A stretch of 64,000 nucleotides of DNA from Nitrospirales bacterium (GTDB lineage Bacteria; Nitrospirota; Nitrospiria; Nitrospirales; UBA8639). This document shows positions 31,398-42,110 of the stretch, in pieces. The notes under the pieces were generated by a model. It searched no databases, was not told the DNA's origin, and saw only the letters and a program-made list of their open reading frames with translations. The position numbers and the translations under genes are program-made. Every line of letters begins with the position of its first letter. Within the stretch, counting starts at the first letter, position 1. The stretch covers positions 416,001 to 480,000 of the forward strand of contig CBDCWC010000002.1 in the NCBI GenBank assembly GCA_965223295.1, read 5' to 3'.

Positions 31398-32669
31398 ATG
31401 AAATTGTTGCGTGCTGATATTTTGGCAATCGGATCAGAGTTGCTTCATGGAGGTCGTGTAGACAGTAATTCTCTCTTTATTGCCCAGATGTTGGCTCAAT
31501 GTGGCATTCGAATGCGGCATAAGATCGTCATGGGAGATGATGGGTTGGATATTCAAAAGGTGCTGAAAGCTTCGTCTCGGCAAGCCGATGTAGTGGTGTT
31601 GACGGGTGGTCTTGGTTCTACCGTCGATGACTGTACGCGTGAGGCTGTGGCTAAGGCATGTCATCGTCCTCTGACTGTGCATCGAAAAGCTTTAAAGATT
31701 TTGAACCGTCAACTTCAAAGGCGGAATCGAGAGGTGACACCCCTGTTAGCTCAACAAGCGCGTATTCCTTCTGGCGCAACGGTTTTGGATAACCCTATTG
31801 GAACTGCTCCTGGATTTTACGTTCATGAAGGAAGCTGTCTTGTGTTTGTCCTTCCCGGTGTTCCCCGAGAAGCCAGAGAAATGATGGGTTCCCAAGTTCT
31901 TCCTATTCTAAGGAAGAGGCTTCGAGCTACGGCCTTTCTTTGGACACATTCTTTTAACACCATAGGGTTGCCAGAAACTGATATTCAACAGCATGTCACG
32001 CCATTTTTGAACAAACAATCCGCGATTGCTCTAAGCTTGTTGCCGTCCACAAGAGGTGTGCAGGTGACGCTGAGTGCCTGGCGGCCCAAGAACTCAAAAA
32101 CATCAAATTCCAAGAAAGCTTGGGTGTTTCCAGATGGAGAATCTCTGATCCGGCAGGTTCGAAAAGCTCTGAAGCCCTGGCTGTTTTCTGAGGGTGACAA
32201 TACGATGGAAGAGGTGGTTGGAGAAATGTTGTCCAAGCACCAATGGACTGTTGCTTTGGCTGAATCCTGCACGGGCGGGCTTATTGCGCATCGTTTAACC
32301 GAAGTGCCGGGGAGTTCACGATACTTAGATCGGGGTGTCGTCACGTATAGCAATCATGCCAAACAAAAATTGGCCGGAGTCTCTTCTACTCTGTTCCCAA
32401 AATATGGTGCGGTGAGTGTTCAAGTCGCAGAAGCCATGGCCAAGGGGATTCGAACCAAAAGTGGTGTCGATCTTGGCGTGAGCGTCACGGGAATTGCCGG
32501 GCCTGGTGGGGGATCTGTTAGAAAACCAGTCGGTCTGGTCTATATAGCAATTGATGGCCCTAAAGGTTCCCAATCGCAACGTTTTCAGTTTGGAGGAAAC
32601 CGTACGGAAATTAAATTTCGTACTTCTCAAGCCGCCCTCAATATGATTCGGTGTTATTGTGTTGGATAA
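31398..32669 (+). CDS. cinA: Competence/damage-inducible protein CinA (molybdopterin-binding-like domain + NMN deamidase PncC)
   Basis: IGSELL.G, TGGLG.T.DD.T, NPIGTAPG, AESCTGG, TGIAGPGGG. Confidence 0.92.
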   Translation: MKLLRADILAIGSELLHGGRVDSNSLFIAQMLAQCGIRMRHKIVMGDDGLDIQKVLKASSRQADVVVLTGGLGSTVDDCTREAVAKACHRPLTVHRKALKILNRQLQRRNREVTPLLAQQARIPSGATVLDNPIGTAPGFYVHEGSCLVFVLPGVPREAREMMGSQVLPILRKRLRATAFLWTHSFNTIGLPETDIQQHVTPFLNKQSAIALSLLPSTRGVQVTLSAWRPKNSKTSNSKKAWVFPDGESLIRQVRKALKPWLFSEGDNTMEEVVGEMLSKHQWTVALAESCTGGLIAHRLTEVPGSSRYLDRGVVTYSNHAKQKLAGVSSTLFPKYGAVSVQVAEAMAKGIRTKSGVDLGVSVTGIAGPGGGSVRKPVGLVYIAIDGPKGSQSQRFQFGGNRTEIKFRTSQAALNMIRCYCVG

Positions 32670-32719
32670 AATCTTTGCAAATGGCTCGATGGAAGAGGTG
32701 CTGTGCCATCCACGAGTTC

Positions 32720-32790
32720 GTCATGCCCGCGAAGGCGGGCATCCAGGATGCTTACAAATAACCCTGGATTCCCGTATTCACGGGAATGAC
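32720..32790. repeat. Inverted doublet of REP-like units
   Basis: GTCATGCCCGCGAAGGCGGGCATCCAG ... CTGGATTCCCGTATTCACGGGAATGAC. Confidence 0.75.
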
Positions 32791-32851
32791 AACAACGCGA
32801 GAAATATCTTGAAGGTTCGCAACCTACAGACTTCCTGATGAAAGTGCGAAG

Positions 32852-33436
32852 ATGATCCGGGCTTTTGTTGCAGTAGAGCTCTCGTCTGATATTCGAGAAA
32901 AACTTTCTGCTCTCCAAGGACAACTTAAGAAAGTATTGCCGCCGATGAATTGGGTGCACCCTGAATCAATTCATCTGACTTTAAAATTTTTGGGTTGGGT
33001 TGATTCTTCACGAGTCTCTCAGCTCCTGTCTGCTCTGGAGCTTATTGGAAATAGGCAGAACACGTTTTCATTGGAGATTCAACGTCTAGGGGTTTTTCCT
33101 TCTATCAAACGTCCTCGCATACTCTGGGTTGGGGTAACAGGACAGACACACATCATGCAACAGTTAGTCTTAGAAATTGAGGCAACTTTAGAGTCTCTCG
33201 GGTTTCCACCTGAAGAGAAACCCTATCATCCTCATCTCACTCTCGCCCGGATTAAACGAGACAATGCGCTTGTTGGAGCAGCATTGATAGAAAACAAGGT
33301 TTTGGAAGCAGAACAGTCGATTGGCCTCATGACTGTTGAAAAATTTCTCCTCTTTCAAAGTGACATTGATGCTTTCGGAGCCACATATACTCCGTTGGGA
33401 ACTGTCCAGTTGTCAGATAGTAATCCAGAGGCCTAA
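32852..33436 (+). CDS. thpR: RNA 2',3'-cyclic phosphodiesterase
   Basis: Two HxT motifs (HLTLKFLG, PHLTLAR); cinA-thpR-recA synteny. Confidence 0.9.
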   Translation: MIRAFVAVELSSDIREKLSALQGQLKKVLPPMNWVHPESIHLTLKFLGWVDSSRVSQLLSALELIGNRQNTFSLEIQRLGVFPSIKRPRILWVGVTGQTHIMQQLVLEIEATLESLGFPPEEKPYHPHLTLARIKRDNALVGAALIENKVLEAEQSIGLMTVEKFLLFQSDIDAFGATYTPLGTVQLSDSNPEA

Positions 33437-33530
33437 AAGAGTTGCCCAAGAAAGGCATTTACCTGTTTGGGTGCGTCGGGTAAGATAGTCAGACCCTATT
33501 TTTCATTGATATTGAACCAAAGGAACATTG

Positions 33531-34628
33531 ATGGCTGATCGTACTGCGTCCCACAAAGAGAGTCCCAAAGACGGAAAGAAACAAGCATTGGATCTGGCTT
33601 TGACCCAAATTGAAAAACAATTTGGGAAAGGGGCTATTATGAAATTAGGGGGAGCTGAAGTTCCGGCTGATATTCCAGCAATTTCGACCGGCTCCTTGAC
33701 TCTGGATATGGCGTTAGGTATCGGAGGCTTGCCCCGTGGCCGAGTTATTGAAATCTATGGGCCAGAGTCGTCAGGAAAAACTACCTTGTGCTTGCATGCT
33801 ATTGCCGAAGCGCAAAAAGCCGGAGGAGCCGCCGCCTTTATCGATGCCGAACATGCATTGGATATTGCCTATGCCAAAAAGCTAGGGGTGGATACCGACG
33901 ACTTACTTATTGCACAGCCAGATACCGGTGAGCAGGCCTTAGAGATTGCGGAAACACTGGTTCGCAGTGGCGCCTTAGATATCATTGTCGTGGATTCCGT
34001 GGCGGCTTTAGTGCCGCGAGCAGAAATAGAAGGAGAGATGGGCGATTCCCATATGGGTTTGCAGGCTCGACTCATGTCGCAAGCGTTACGAAAATTAACG
34101 GGAGCAATTTCTAAGTCACAAGCTTCGCTGATCTTTATTAATCAGATTCGGATGAAAATTGGCGTGATGTTTGGTAATCCCGAAACGACTACGGGCGGCA
34201 ATGCCTTGAAATTTTATTCATCAGTCCGTTTGGATATTCGCCGAATCGAATCCATCAAAGAAGGGCAAGATGTGAAGGGCAGTCGGGTGCGAGTCAAAGT
34301 GGTGAAGAATAAAATGGCTCCACCATTCAAGCAGGCGGAATTTGATGTCATGTTTGCCGAAGGGATTTCTAAGGTCGGTGAGCTCGTCGATCTTGGAGTG
34401 GATCGTCGGATTATTGATAAGGCAGGAGCTTGGTATTCCTATAAGGAAGAACGCTTGGGCCAAGGGCGGGAAGCTGTGAAAAATTTCCTGAAAAGTAATC
34501 CAGATATCGCCGACACCATTGCCACCAAAATTCGAGAGAGTTTTGGGTTGGCGCCGAAGGGCGAAGATGCCCCGCCGGCCACGGTTTCGCGAGGTGATTC
34601 AAAAAAATCGGTTGGTGCAAAATCATAA
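33531..34628 (+). CDS. recA: Recombinase RecA
   Basis: [32 protein letters not shown]. Confidence 0.98.
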   Translation: MADRTASHKESPKDGKKQALDLALTQIEKQFGKGAIMKLGGAEVPADIPAISTGSLTLDMALGIGGLPRGRVIEIYGPESSGKTTLCLHAIAEAQKAGGAAAFIDAEHALDIAYAKKLGVDTDDLLIAQPDTGEQALEIAETLVRSGALDIIVVDSVAALVPRAEIEGEMGDSHMGLQARLMSQALRKLTGAISKSQASLIFINQIRMKIGVMFGNPETTTGGNALKFYSSVRLDIRRIESIKEGQDVKGSRVRVKVVKNKMAPPFKQAEFDVMFAEGISKVGELVDLGVDRRIIDKAGAWYSYKEERLGQGREAVKNFLKSNPDIADTIATKIRESFGLAPKGEDAPPATVSRGDSKKSVGAKS

Positions 34629-34684
34629 CGAAGAAAAATATAATTTATTTCTTTAAGTTTTGAATTACAGTCAATGCCATTGCC

Positions 34685-37330
34685 ATGATTTCTACTTCTC
34701 TGGAACTACGCCAGGCCTTCCTCGACTACTTTAGTGAGCGAGGACATGCCGCCGTTCCCAGTGCCCCGCTAATTCCACAGGCAGACCCCACACTCCTCTT
34801 TACCAATGCGGGAATGAATCAATTTAAGCGCATTTTTTTGGGCGAAGACACGCGGCCCTACTCTAGGGCTGTGTCGATTCAAAAATGTATGAGGGCTGGT
34901 GGAAAGCATAATGATTTAGAAAACGTCGGCTTTACGCGGCGGCATCATACCTTTTTTGAAATGCTGGGCAATTTTTCCTTTGGCGATTATTTCAAAAAAG
35001 AGGCCATTGCGTTTGGTTGGGAATTTCTGACAAAAACCGCCGATCTTCCAGCCGATCGGTTGTGGGTCACGGTTTTTCGAGATGACCAAGAAGCCTATGA
35101 TTTATGGCACAAAGACATGGGCGTATCGGAGAATCGGCTAGCTCGGCTTGATGAAAAAGACAATTTTTGGCAGATGGGCGATACGGGTCCCTGCGGTCCC
35201 TGTTCGGAAATTCTCATCGATCAAGGTGAAGCGTTTGGTTGTGGGCAGGCCACATGTGCGGTGGGATGTGACTGTGACCGGTATCTGGAGATTTGGAATT
35301 TGGTGTTTATGCAGTTTGATCGAGATTCAACTGGAACTTTGAACCCACTACCCAAGCCGAGTATTGATACCGGGATGGGGCTGGAGCGTTTGGCAGCGGT
35401 TACTCAAGGAGTATCTTCGAATTATGACAGCGATATCTTTCAACCGCTTTTAGAGAACATTGCTAAAGCGACTGGCCATGAATATGGAACGGTCACGGAG
35501 CATGACCGCTCCATGCGTGTGATTGCGGATCATGTGCGAGCGATGACCTTTCTTATTTCTGATGGGGTGTTGCCGTCCAATGAAGGCCGAGGCTATGTGT
35601 TACGGCGTATCATGCGACGAGCTGCGCGACATGGGCGGTTGCTTGGAATGGAGCGCGAATTCTTGTTTGAATTCGTCCCCACCGTGGTTACACAGTTAGG
35701 GGCTACGTATCCAGAGTTGCGGCAAATGGCCGATACCGTGTCCGAGATCGTTCAGGGGGAAGAGGGCCGGTTTATAGGCACGTTGGAACAGGCCTTGCCC
35801 CTTCTCAATCAAATCTTGCAGGACACCAAGCTGCAGGGAAAGACTCTGGTCTCTGGGGATAAGGTCTTTAAGCTTTACGACACCTATGGGTTTCCTTTGG
35901 ATTTAGTGGAAGACGCGGCTCAAGAAGAAGGCCTGGCATTGGATCATTCCGGTTATCAGCAAGCGCTGGAGGGACAGCGGGAACGTGCCAGAAAAACCGC
36001 CAAATTTACGCAAGCGGCGTCTCGAGCAGATGTGGTGAAGGCCATTGAACAGTTTCCCGTAACGCAATTTGTGGGCTATAGCCAGACACAGGCTCAAGGT
36101 GTTCTCTTAGCCATGGTGAAGGGTGAACAGGTTGTCGATGAGTCCTATCAGGGAGAGGATGTGGAGTTTTTGCTAGATACCACTCCCTTTTATCCGGAGG
36201 GTGGGGGACAGGTTGGTGATCATGGAATGTTGGTTGGGCCTTCAGCCAGAATTCGTGTCACCGATACGACGAAACTCGGTAAGGGCTGGTTTCTTCACAA
36301 GGGACACATCACAGAGGGAGCCGTGCGTACAGGAGATTCTTTAACCGCCATGGTGGACGAGAGTCTGCGAGCCGATGCCGCTCGCAACCATACGGCCACA
36401 CATTTAATGCATGCGGCCTTGCGAGAAATACTTGGTCCTCATGTCAAACAGCATGGTTCTTTGGTGGCGCCCAATCGGCTGCGATTCGATTTCTCCCATT
36501 TCAAGGGTTTGGGTTCCCGACATATGGAAGATATCGAAAACATGGTCAATGAACAGATTCGTCTGAACACCTTGGTGCAATCTGAAGAAATGGGTATTCA
36601 GGATGCCTTGGGTCGCGGGGCTTTGGCGTTCTTTGGTGACAAATACGGGGACCAGGTGCGGGTTGTTGAGATTGGCGATTTTAGTAAAGAATTATGTGGA
36701 GGAACCCATTGCCAACGTACCGGTGATGTGGGAGTTTTTCGTTTAATGTCAGAAGGGGGTATAGCCGCAGGGGTGCGCCGCATTGAAGCGCTAACAGGTC
36801 ATGGTGCCTTACAGCATGATCAAAAGCGAAATAGCGAATGGGAAGAATTAGCCGGTCTGCTAAAAACCAGTCCACAAGAAGTTATCGAAAAAACAAAAAA
36901 ACTCTTGGCCTCATTAAAAGACGCTGAGCGGGCCTTAGCAGAGACTAGGCAAAAAGCCTTAGAGCAGCAAGGTGCAGGGCAAGAGGCCGTGGTAAGAGAA
37001 GTGAATGGAGTACCTGTGCTTGTTCAACGGATTGATGGGCTCAATATGCAGGAATTACGTATCTTTTCTGATAAACTGCGCCATAAAGTGATGTCGGGCC
37101 TCCTGGTCTTAGGTTCGGCCCACGAAGGAAAAGTTGCTTTATTAGTCATTGTGGGAAAAGATCGAACCAAACAGTTACAGGCTGGGAAGGTTGCCCAGCA
37201 TATTGCCAAGTTTGTTGGCGGATCAGGCGGAGGTCGGCCGGATATGGCGCAAGCTGGCGGCAATCAACCGGAACATCTCAATGCGGCTTTAGAAAAAGTC
37301 TATGACTATGTCGCGACTCAGCTTGGTTAA
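34685..37330 (+). CDS. alaS: Alanine--tRNA ligase
   Basis: LLFTNAGM, HHTFFEMLGNFSFGDYFK, HTATH, ELCGGTH, GGGRPDMAQAGG. Confidence 0.98.
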   Translation: MISTSLELRQAFLDYFSERGHAAVPSAPLIPQADPTLLFTNAGMNQFKRIFLGEDTRPYSRAVSIQKCMRAGGKHNDLENVGFTRRHHTFFEMLGNFSFGDYFKKEAIAFGWEFLTKTADLPADRLWVTVFRDDQEAYDLWHKDMGVSENRLARLDEKDNFWQMGDTGPCGPCSEILIDQGEAFGCGQATCAVGCDCDRYLEIWNLVFMQFDRDSTGTLNPLPKPSIDTGMGLERLAAVTQGVSSNYDSDIFQPLLENIAKATGHEYGTVTEHDRSMRVIADHVRAMTFLISDGVLPSNEGRGYVLRRIMRRAARHGRLLGMEREFLFEFVPTVVTQLGATYPELRQMADTVSEIVQGEEGRFIGTLEQALPLLNQILQDTKLQGKTLVSGDKVFKLYDTYGFPLDLVEDAAQEEGLALDHSGYQQALEGQRERARKTAKFTQAASRADVVKAIEQFPVTQFVGYSQTQAQGVLLAMVKGEQVVDESYQGEDVEFLLDTTPFYPEGGGQVGDHGMLVGPSARIRVTDTTKLGKGWFLHKGHITEGAVRTGDSLTAMVDESLRADAARNHTATHLMHAALREILGPHVKQHGSLVAPNRLRFDFSHFKGLGSRHMEDIENMVNEQIRLNTLVQSEEMGIQDALGRGALAFFGDKYGDQVRVVEIGDFSKELCGGTHCQRTGDVGVFRLMSEGGIAAGVRRIEALTGHGALQHDQKRNSEWEELAGLLKTSPQEVIEKTKKLLASLKDAERALAETRQKALEQQGAGQEAVVREVNGVPVLVQRIDGLNMQELRIFSDKLRHKVMSGLLVLGSAHEGKVALLVIVGKDRTKQLQAGKVAQHIAKFVGGSGGGRPDMAQAGGNQPEHLNAALEKVYDYVATQLG

Positions 37331-37424
37331 AAGTCAATAGGCAACATTCTGCTACGTTATTTTTTTATCAAACTTGCCTCAGATTGAACCGAAAAGGGTT
37401 TCAAAGAGCGTAAGGAAGGGTAAG

Positions 37425-38441
37425 ATGAAGCTGTTCAGAAAACTGGCAATTGTGGGTCTGTTGACAGGGATTGTTGTCCTTCTCAGTATGTTAGTTTTTC
37501 TGGAATTCAATAGGCCTCTAGGAAATTCTCAGTCCGTGCAAATTGTTGATATTCCTCCCGGCACGGCCTTTACTCAAGTCTCGCACCTTCTTCATCAGCA
37601 AGGGTTTATCGAACCGGAGTGGTTTTTTCAGATGCTGGGGCGCGTTCAACAACTTGATCGAAAAATCATACCTGGTGAATATGAGCTCCATGCTGGTATG
37701 CGTCCAACAGAATTACTGGACAAGTTGGTCCGAGGAGAAGTGTACGAGCATTCTGTGACGATTCCGGAAGGCTATAACGTCGTGCAAATTGCGAATATTC
37801 TGGATCAGAAAGATTTAGCCGACAAACAAGAAATTCTCCGTCTGAATCGCGACCAAGCCTTTATTGAAAGTCTGAATATTCAGGCTAATTCGCTGGAGGG
37901 TTATTTGTTCCCTGATACCTATCGATTTGCCCGCTACACTCCACCAGAGGCTATTGTCCGAACGTTCGTGAGTCGTTTTCATGAAGTTGTGACGCCGGAA
38001 ATTCGTGCTCAAGCCAAATCAATGGGTATGACACTTCAGGAAGTGCTGACGCTGGCATCGGTTGTTGAAAAAGAAACAGGATTAGCTACGGAACGGGCAC
38101 TCGTCTCTGGCGTGTTTCACAATCGATTGCGAAAAAATATTCCACTCCAAAGTGATCCAACTGTCATCTATGCATTAGAGTATTTTGACGGAAATATTCG
38201 CAAAGCCGATCTTTCTGTCAATAGTCCGTACAATACCTATAAAGTAAGGGGTCTGCCTCCTGGGCCCATTGCGAATCCTGGTTTGGCTTCTATTCGAGCT
38301 GCCTTGTATCCAACTCCCAGTGATTTTGTGTATTTTGTTTCCCGCAACGATGGGAGTCATAAATTTTCTGTTACTTTGGCGGAACACAATAAGGCCGTGG
38401 ATAAATATCAACGGCGGCCACGTTCCAGAAAATCCTCGTAA
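37425..38441 (+). CDS. mltG: Endolytic transglycosylase MltG
   Basis: TIPEG, LEGYLFPDTY, LASVVEKE, LQSDPT, SPYNTY, GLPPGPIANPG. Confidence 0.95.
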   Translation: MKLFRKLAIVGLLTGIVVLLSMLVFLEFNRPLGNSQSVQIVDIPPGTAFTQVSHLLHQQGFIEPEWFFQMLGRVQQLDRKIIPGEYELHAGMRPTELLDKLVRGEVYEHSVTIPEGYNVVQIANILDQKDLADKQEILRLNRDQAFIESLNIQANSLEGYLFPDTYRFARYTPPEAIVRTFVSRFHEVVTPEIRAQAKSMGMTLQEVLTLASVVEKETGLATERALVSGVFHNRLRKNIPLQSDPTVIYALEYFDGNIRKADLSVNSPYNTYKVRGLPPGPIANPGLASIRAALYPTPSDFVYFVSRNDGSHKFSVTLAEHNKAVDKYQRRPRSRKSS

Positions 38442-38465
38442 AATTTCCCCCCACCGGTTACCTGC

Positions 38466-38930
38466 ATGACTATTACCGAAAATCTCCAGCGACTAGGAGT
38501 CACATTACCTTCAGCACCACGACCAGTCGGGTCATATGTCCCTGCCTGTCAAGCAGGGGATTTGGTCTTTGTCAGTGGTGTTTTACCATTTCAGGATGAA
38601 AAGATTCTTCAGCCTGGCAAAGTCGGTCGAGAGTTATCGATCGAAGAGGGAAAGGTTAATGCCCGAATTGCCATCATCAATACGTTGGCGATTCTGCAAC
38701 AGGAGCTTGGGGATTTATCTCGCGTCAAACGCGTCGTGCGATTGACGGGTCATGTAGCATCAGCAGAAGGGTTTGCCGATCAACCGACTGTGATTAATGG
38801 GGCGTCAGATTTCCTTGTGGAGATCTTTGGAGAAAAAGGGCGACATGCACGGTTGGCACTTGGAGCATTTGAATTGCCGCTCCACGCTTCCATAGAACTC
38901 GAACTCATCGTTCAAATCTCCCTAACCTAA
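38466..38930 (+). CDS. RidA/YjgF family protein
   Basis: PVGSYVP, VINGASD, GRHARLALG..LP. Confidence 0.88.
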   Translation: MTITENLQRLGVTLPSAPRPVGSYVPACQAGDLVFVSGVLPFQDEKILQPGKVGRELSIEEGKVNARIAIINTLAILQQELGDLSRVKRVVRLTGHVASAEGFADQPTVINGASDFLVEIFGEKGRHARLALGAFELPLHASIELELIVQISLT

Positions 38931-39052
38931 CCTAATCTGATCTGTTCAAAATACTTTTCTTTTCCAGTTCCTAATTTTTGACAAAACGCATAGAATGTTT
39001 CTTGGTAAGGATCTTAGACTACCACATGAGGCTGTCTGCGACAGAACCGAAT

Positions 39053-39877
39053 TTATTGTGAGTCTGTGGTCTGAAGCTGTCGAATTTCTTCCGCTTGTTC
39101 ATCCACTTTTTTCTGCAAATTCAGTAATTGTTTCTGAAGTATCTCGATATCTGAAGAGTTTTCTTTCTCGAGATAATCGATGGTGGGAGGGAACAGTGCT
39201 TCTTCTTCTGATAATGCTTCTTTTGATGGTTTGGTTGAATAGTTGATAGCGATCCAAGAATCCGTTTGAGAAAATTTCATAAAACGTTGAGCGGCTTCTG
39301 TGGAAAGGATGGCCTCTTTGTTGGAATACAGAATCCTCGTGGTTCTCTGGAGATTTTTTGAAGAAGTCGAAGTTTTAGATGCCTTGATTGGATGATTCCT
39401 AGAATTTTTCAACGTCAGAACCATAATGGTCGGTGAGAAGATTGAAATGGTCCCGTCCACGGGTACGATGTCTTCATTTTCCCCTGCACATTGAAATGTT
39501 ACCAGCTCATCAGGTGTTGCTCGAGAAATGGCTTGAGCAAGGTGGGGAACTAAGAAATCAATCTGGGTGGAAGAGAAAACGGGGAGTGAAGTGGAGCTAG
39601 AAAAAAAAAGTTCTTGGAGGATACCCTTTTCCTGGATTTGAGAGAATTCTTTTAGGATATTCTTTAAGAGAGATTCTGTGAAAGTGTGAGGATGATTGGG
39701 CAAAAGAGTAAAGAGTTTGGATGTTTCTAATGCGACGCGGCCTTTCGGGCTTTGATGAATAAGAGTTTCGATTTCAGGTGTCCAAGAACATTGAATCGTC
39801 AAGAAAAGAAAGAGGGCCAATGTTCCACTCGGTTTGAGAACAGAAAAGAATCTAGATGAGAAAAGTGGAGTCTTCAA
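39053..39877 (-). CDS. Hypothetical probable lipoprotein with a C-terminal coiled coil
   Basis: Hydrophobic leader ending in Cys; long ORF; start uncertain. Confidence 0.6.
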   Translation of the reverse strand: MKTPLFSSRFFSVLKPSGTLALFLFLTIQCSWTPEIETLIHQSPKGRVALETSKLFTLLPNHPHTFTESLLKNILKEFSQIQEKGILQELFFSSSTSLPVFSSTQIDFLVPHLAQAISRATPDELVTFQCAGENEDIVPVDGTISIFSPTIMVLTLKNSRNHPIKASKTSTSSKNLQRTTRILYSNKEAILSTEAAQRFMKFSQTDSWIAINYSTKPSKEALSEEEALFPPTIDYLEKENSSDIEILQKQLLNLQKKVDEQAEEIRQLQTTDSQ

Positions 39878-40008
39878 AAGAGAGGCAGGTCTTTAAATGC
39901 GAATGAGGTTTAGATCAATGGGATGCGTGAATAAACCGAATGATGAGGCAACGAGAAAGTTGTTGGTATCGAGCACAAAAATATTGGCAGCCCCAATACA
40001 CACAAACT

Positions 40009-40758
40009 TTATTTTGGCTTGATCCCGCAAGCTCTGGCTATGCCATCTTGATAGCGCCCCCATAATTTGAGGGATTCTTCTAAGTGAGAAAGGAGCATCT
40101 GTTGTTGATCTCCCTCAGTGCTATGATGAACGATCATATCGTAGATGACTTTTCTAGCCCCGGGCTCAAACATGTGCTCTGCGCGAATATAATCCATAGC
40201 TTCTAACGATAGGCCATGGTGTTGGACGAGCGCGTCCTTTTTGATTAAATCTTCAATCTCAGCTTGGTTTTGTGCAGGAGTGGGATATAAAACTTCTTCG
40301 GGGTCGCTGGATGTTCCCTTAATAAAGATCGTTAAAACGGCGGCTCCCAAGGTCCAATCATCTGCTTGGCAAATCGTATTGAGCCATTCGCGATAGAGTC
40401 GGCTTGGTCCCAATAACTCCACATCTCGAAAACCCGCTCGATTGAAACCAAGTCCGTTCATCATTTGTAGGAATAATTCCTGGTGGGGTCGGCCAAGAGA
40501 AAACCCGCCGGTTTCTTCCTCATAAATAATTGTGGCAAGGCGTCGGCGAGCTTCCCATGGAGGGTTTTTCCCAAGAATTTGTGCGAGGAGAATAGAAAAA
40601 TCGCGAATATACACGACGTATTCTTGGTGAAAAAAAATATTTAATTGTTTTTTTGTGATTGTGTTACTTTGAAAGAGAGCGGTTGCCCAATGTTGTTTGC
40701 GGCGCAACACATCAAAAATGCGGTCGCGGAACTGTTCGGGAGAAAGTGTCCTCGGCAT
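40009..40758 (-). CDS. Heme-oxygenase-like (PqqC/CADD/TenA fold) protein with degenerate metal ligands
   Basis: EEETGG..PHQELF helix; all-helical pattern. Confidence 0.65.
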   Translation of the reverse strand: MPRTLSPEQFRDRIFDVLRRKQHWATALFQSNTITKKQLNIFFHQEYVVYIRDFSILLAQILGKNPPWEARRRLATIIYEEETGGFSLGRPHQELFLQMMNGLGFNRAGFRDVELLGPSRLYREWLNTICQADDWTLGAAVLTIFIKGTSSDPEEVLYPTPAQNQAEIEDLIKKDALVQHHGLSLEAMDYIRAEHMFEPGARKVIYDMIVHHSTEGDQQQMLLSHLEESLKLWGRYQDGIARACGIKPK

Positions 40759-40892
40759 TGACGTCTGAATGAGAAGATGAAATGTTCCTGAATGACTAAG
40801 GGAAGGTGATCCTGAGTGGCGCTAATAACTTAAACGTTGCGACGGCGTATTCATTAAGCATAGAATATCACATATTTAGTCTATCTGTAACC

Positions 40893-41177
40893 ATGCAACC
40901 AATTAGTATTGCTGATCCAGACAGTATTTTGGAATTGTTAGCCCACGTGTCCCTGAGGGGGCCCGGGCTGATAACTGAAAATCTCATGGAATACATTATG
41001 GATGAGGGGTTTATGGAACCCACATATCTTAGTGCAAAGGGGGAAGATCCTGAAGCTTACTATAAAGGGGAAGCAAATGCCTGGGCGGTCTATCAGGTGC
41101 GGGAATGGAAGCGAGTGTTGATTATTTCAGGCGGTGCTGGGAAGGAACGAAGGATGCAAATAACGGAAACACCCTAG
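40893..41177 (+). CDS. Hypothetical protein
   Basis: 94-aa ORF (MQPISIADPD...) with protein-like composition. Confidence 0.6.
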   Translation: MQPISIADPDSILELLAHVSLRGPGLITENLMEYIMDEGFMEPTYLSAKGEDPEAYYKGEANAWAVYQVREWKRVLIISGGAGKERRMQITETP

Positions 41178-41242
41178 GGTAGTAAGGCTGTGGCATCGCT
41201 TGTTCAGCGAATGCTTGAGTGAAAACCTGTTTTGAGGGTAAG

Positions 41243-41632
41243 TTAGTACCATCCGCCCAACAGTTTCCCTTCTTCAAAATATAAATACCGGTGTTTGATG
41301 GTACTGGAATCAATCCAATCCTCATAGACCCATTCTTCTCGTCGGATGCCCTTATCGGTATAGCTGACATTCATTTGGTAGGGAGAACCCCAGGCCTTCA
41401 TGACCTGTTCGCGGCTCATTCCAGCCATGACAGCTTTATCCTGAACATGTTGCTCGCCGGTAGGGTCCAAGTATCGAGGGATAATGCCCCAGCCGAGCAT
41501 CCAGAGAGCAAACGCTCCGAGCACGCAATACAGGGCAAGCCGAACTGGCCGACGGCAGATCCAGGGAGTTGGAATTGTGCTGGAAGGTTGGTCGTCGGAT
41601 GCTTGGGTGTTTAGTGGGTAGGGAGCGGCCAT
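41243..41632 (-). CDS. Membrane-anchored SmpA/BamE-like (DUF2845-like) small protein
   Basis: TM helix then GMSREQV..AWGSP...EEWVY...YLYFEEGKL. Confidence 0.65.
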   Translation of the reverse strand: MAAPYPLNTQASDDQPSSTIPTPWICRRPVRLALYCVLGAFALWMLGWGIIPRYLDPTGEQHVQDKAVMAGMSREQVMKAWGSPYQMNVSYTDKGIRREEWVYEDWIDSSTIKHRYLYFEEGKLLGGWY

Positions 41633-41690
41633 CAGATAAGTCTTGTCTGTTCTAGATCTTTGAATTTGTCTAGTAGAACTCACTCTATCA

Positions 41691-42098
41691 GTGGGTTTGA
41701 AAATGGGTCAAGGGAATGATTTCATGTTTCTTGAAGTTGAAAATAATCCAAATTTTGATGGGTCCTATTTTGTTCGATTTAACGAACTCGGACCTCCTCG
41801 GCTCTTAACGCACATCAAGTCGTATGAACGGCGCTCAAGGGGAGAATGGTGTCAGGTCGTCGGATGGTGTGATGATCCTGAACAACCCCTGTGTCCTGCG
41901 TATGCACAGAAAGTGGAAGATTCTGGCGCGGGAACGGCGTTTATTGTCTTTGGTGGGAATTGGGGGATCCGTTTAAAGCCGGAAGACCATACCGGAGAAT
42001 GGAATCTTTATGATGATGAGCAATGGGGAGAAGGCTATTTATCGATTGGAGAAGAGCGCGACCTTCGATTTGTCTCGCTTGACGAAAGCAACTTGTAG
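41691..42098 (+). CDS. Hypothetical protein
   Basis: 135-aa ORF filling the gap; start uncertain. Confidence 0.6.
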   Translation: MGLKMGQGNDFMFLEVENNPNFDGSYFVRFNELGPPRLLTHIKSYERRSRGEWCQVVGWCDDPEQPLCPAYAQKVEDSGAGTAFIVFGGNWGIRLKPEDHTGEWNLYDDEQWGEGYLSIGEERDLRFVSLDESNL

Positions 42099-42110
42099 AA
42101 GAACGGTGTG

